A stretch of DNA of 64,000 bases from Minisyncoccota bacterium (GTDB taxonomy: Bacteria; Patescibacteriota; Minisyncoccia; Minisyncoccales; RBG-13-42-11). Positions 62,410-64,000 of this stretch are shown here, piece by piece (the first letter of the stretch is position 1; every line of letters starts with the position of its first letter). The stretch is from the NCBI GenBank assembly GCA_016782605.1, contig JADHYE010000002.1:48067-112066 (forward strand), written 5' to 3'. Under the pieces are notes generated by a model. That model worked only from the letters and a program-made list of their open reading frames with translations. It did not search any database and had not been told where the DNA came from. The translations under genes and the position numbers were made by a program.

Positions 62410-63333
62410 ATGTTATTTTTGTCAAGAGCTGAGGCAAAACCCGGACTATTCTTTTTAGTCTTTTTGTTTACTTTGGCGGCATTTTGCGTACAAGCTGCCG
62501 AAACCGCAGAAAAGATAGATCTCAATACTGCTTCTCTAGAAGAGCTGCAAAAGATAACCGGCGTTGGGCCGGTGATAGGCCAAAGGATAATAGAGGCAAG
62601 ACCCTTTATTTCTGTCCAAGATTTAATAAAGGTGAAGGGAATTGGCGAAATAACTTTGCAAAAAATAATAGATCAAGGGCTAGCCTGGGTATCGGGAGAA
62701 ATACAAACTGAGTCAATTGCTCAAGAATATGAGCCGGTTGTTAATAACGCAAAGCAGCAGCCTCAAGAAAGCTATGCTTCCGGCATTATTATCAATGAGA
62801 TCCTTCCCTCTCCTGAAGGCCAAGACGAAAAAGAAGAATGGATTGAAATATTCAATCAGAATGACTTTGCAACAGATCTTTCTTTTTGGAAAATAACCGA
62901 TGCTATTGGCCAAACAAAAACTTACACTTTTCCTGTTAATACGATGATCAAAGCCAAAGGATTTTTAGTGTTTAATCGGCCAACCACTAAAATTACTTTG
63001 AATAACAGCCAAGATGGGTTATCATTGATTCAGCCGAACGGAAACATAATAGACAGTGTAAATTACGAAAAAGCGCCGCAGGGTCAATCGTACAGCAAAA
63101 TGGAAAATAGCTGGACTTGGAGCACTGTTTTAACTCCGGGTGAAGATAATATGGTTTCATTGCCGACCAGCCAAGATAAAAGCGAACAAGAAGAAGAACA
63201 AATTAAAACCCGACAGATGGCCGCTATCAGCCAGCAAATGCCAAAAACTCCTTTCTCTGTTTTCTTAACTGCTTTGGGCTTTGCCGTTCTTTCCGGAGCA
63301 ATAATCGTCCTTACTAAGAAGAAATTAATTTAA
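62410..63333 (+). CDS. ComEA-like helix-hairpin-helix DNA-binding protein with lamin-tail domain and C-terminal TM
   Basis: LNTASLEELQKITGVGPVIGQRII (HhH x2), then INEILPSPEG..EWIEIFN (LTD), then a C-terminal hydrophobic anchor. Confidence 0.75.
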   Translation: MLFLSRAEAKPGLFFLVFLFTLAAFCVQAAETAEKIDLNTASLEELQKITGVGPVIGQRIIEARPFISVQDLIKVKGIGEITLQKIIDQGLAWVSGEIQTESIAQEYEPVVNNAKQQPQESYASGIIINEILPSPEGQDEKEEWIEIFNQNDFATDLSFWKITDAIGQTKTYTFPVNTMIKAKGFLVFNRPTTKITLNNSQDGLSLIQPNGNIIDSVNYEKAPQGQSYSKMENSWTWSTVLTPGEDNMVSLPTSQDKSEQEEEQIKTRQMAAISQQMPKTPFSVFLTALGFAVLSGAIIVLTKKKLI

Positions 63334-63337
63334 AAAT

Positions 63338-64000
63338 ATGTCAGGCCATTCCCACGCTAAAACAATCAAGCACCAAAAAGAAATAACTGATAAAAAAAGA
63401 GGCCAGATGTTTTCAAAAATGTCCAGGCTGATTTCGGTTGCTGTCAAAGAAGGAGGGACTAAGGTTGAAACCAACTCAAAGCTCAAACTGGCTTTTGAAA
63501 TGGCAAAAAAACTGAATATGCCCAAAGAAAACGTTGAAAGAGCTATCAAGCGAGGGACAAACGAGCCAGCCGGAGAAACTCTGGAAGAAGTTTCATTTGA
63601 AGCTTATGGTCCTGGCAACATTGCCATAATTATTACTGGCATTACTGATAATAGAAACAGAACGCTAGGCGAAGTAAAACAGATTTTGAACCAGTACAAC
63701 GGGAAACTGGTCGGCGAAGGCGCCGTTAAATGGCTTTTTGAGAAAAATGGGGCTATCACAGCTGACTTGGCGTCTCAGAATGAAGAATTAAAAAACAAAG
63801 AAAAGCTGGAAATGGCAGCAATTGAAGCAGGGGCAAAAGACGTTAACTGGCAAGATAATGTTCTAAACATTTATACCAATCCCGAATCCTTAGAAACGAC
63901 AAAAAAAGAATTAGAAGATAAAAACATTAAAATAGATTCCGCTTCCCTGGACTGGCTGGCGAAAGAAGATATTGAAGCAGAGGAACAAATAAAAGAGTCC
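63338..64000 (+). CDS. yebC: YebC/PmpR family DNA-binding regulator (runs off the right edge)
   Basis: Own translation: MSGHSHAKTIKHQKEITDKKRGQMFSKMSRLISVAVKEGG. Confidence 0.85.
   Translation, partial: MSGHSHAKTIKHQKEITDKKRGQMFSKMSRLISVAVKEGGTKVETNSKLKLAFEMAKKLNMPKENVERAIKRGTNEPAGETLEEVSFEAYGPGNIAIIITGITDNRNRTLGEVKQILNQYNGKLVGEGAVKWLFEKNGAITADLASQNEELKNKEKLEMAAIEAGAKDVNWQDNVLNIYTNPESLETTKKELEDKNIKIDSASLDWLAKEDIEAEEQIKES

Overview
AT-rich, very gene-dense bacterial window. About 85% of genes are on the minus strand, gaps are short and many stop/start codons overlap. Content is mostly housekeeping: five aminoacyl-tRNA synthetases (leuS, metG, glyQS, ileS, argS), murA, glmS, cysK, iorAB, recO, uvrB, holA, polX, greA, smpB-ssrA-infC-rpmI-rplT, rpsT, tsaE, rsmI. 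It also holds genes more typical of archaea and Candidate Phyla Radiation (Patescibacteria) bacteria: an EndoQ-like PHP nuclease, Elp3, PolX, a pilB/comEA-type DNA-uptake set and a TraD/VirD4-like ATPase. The CPR assignment is inferred from gene content and style only. The most unusual material is non-coding. (1) A tRNA-Arg(CCG) gene is interrupted after its T-stem by a 108-nt insert, closed by a 12-bp stem, that carries a second complete tRNA-Arg(CCG). (2) The termini of that insert match 36-nt palindromes inserted in frame in glyQS and polX, resembling Rickettsia palindromic elements. (3) At least three families of long-range covarying inverted-repeat elements (here A, B, C) fill intergenic gaps and end at or on the start codon of the downstream gene. 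(4) A leaderless Cys-Cys leader peptide with terminator/antiterminator sits in front of cysK. (5) A LAGLIDADG intein splits the EndoQ-like gene. (6) The tmRNA 5' end overlaps the smpB stop codon, and infC follows within a few nt. (7) Small, visibly GC-richer islands carry strong Shine-Dalgarno sites and Zn-ribbon mini-proteins, whereas native genes show no SD. All calls come from reading the sequence and the ORF track. No searches or folding programs were run.
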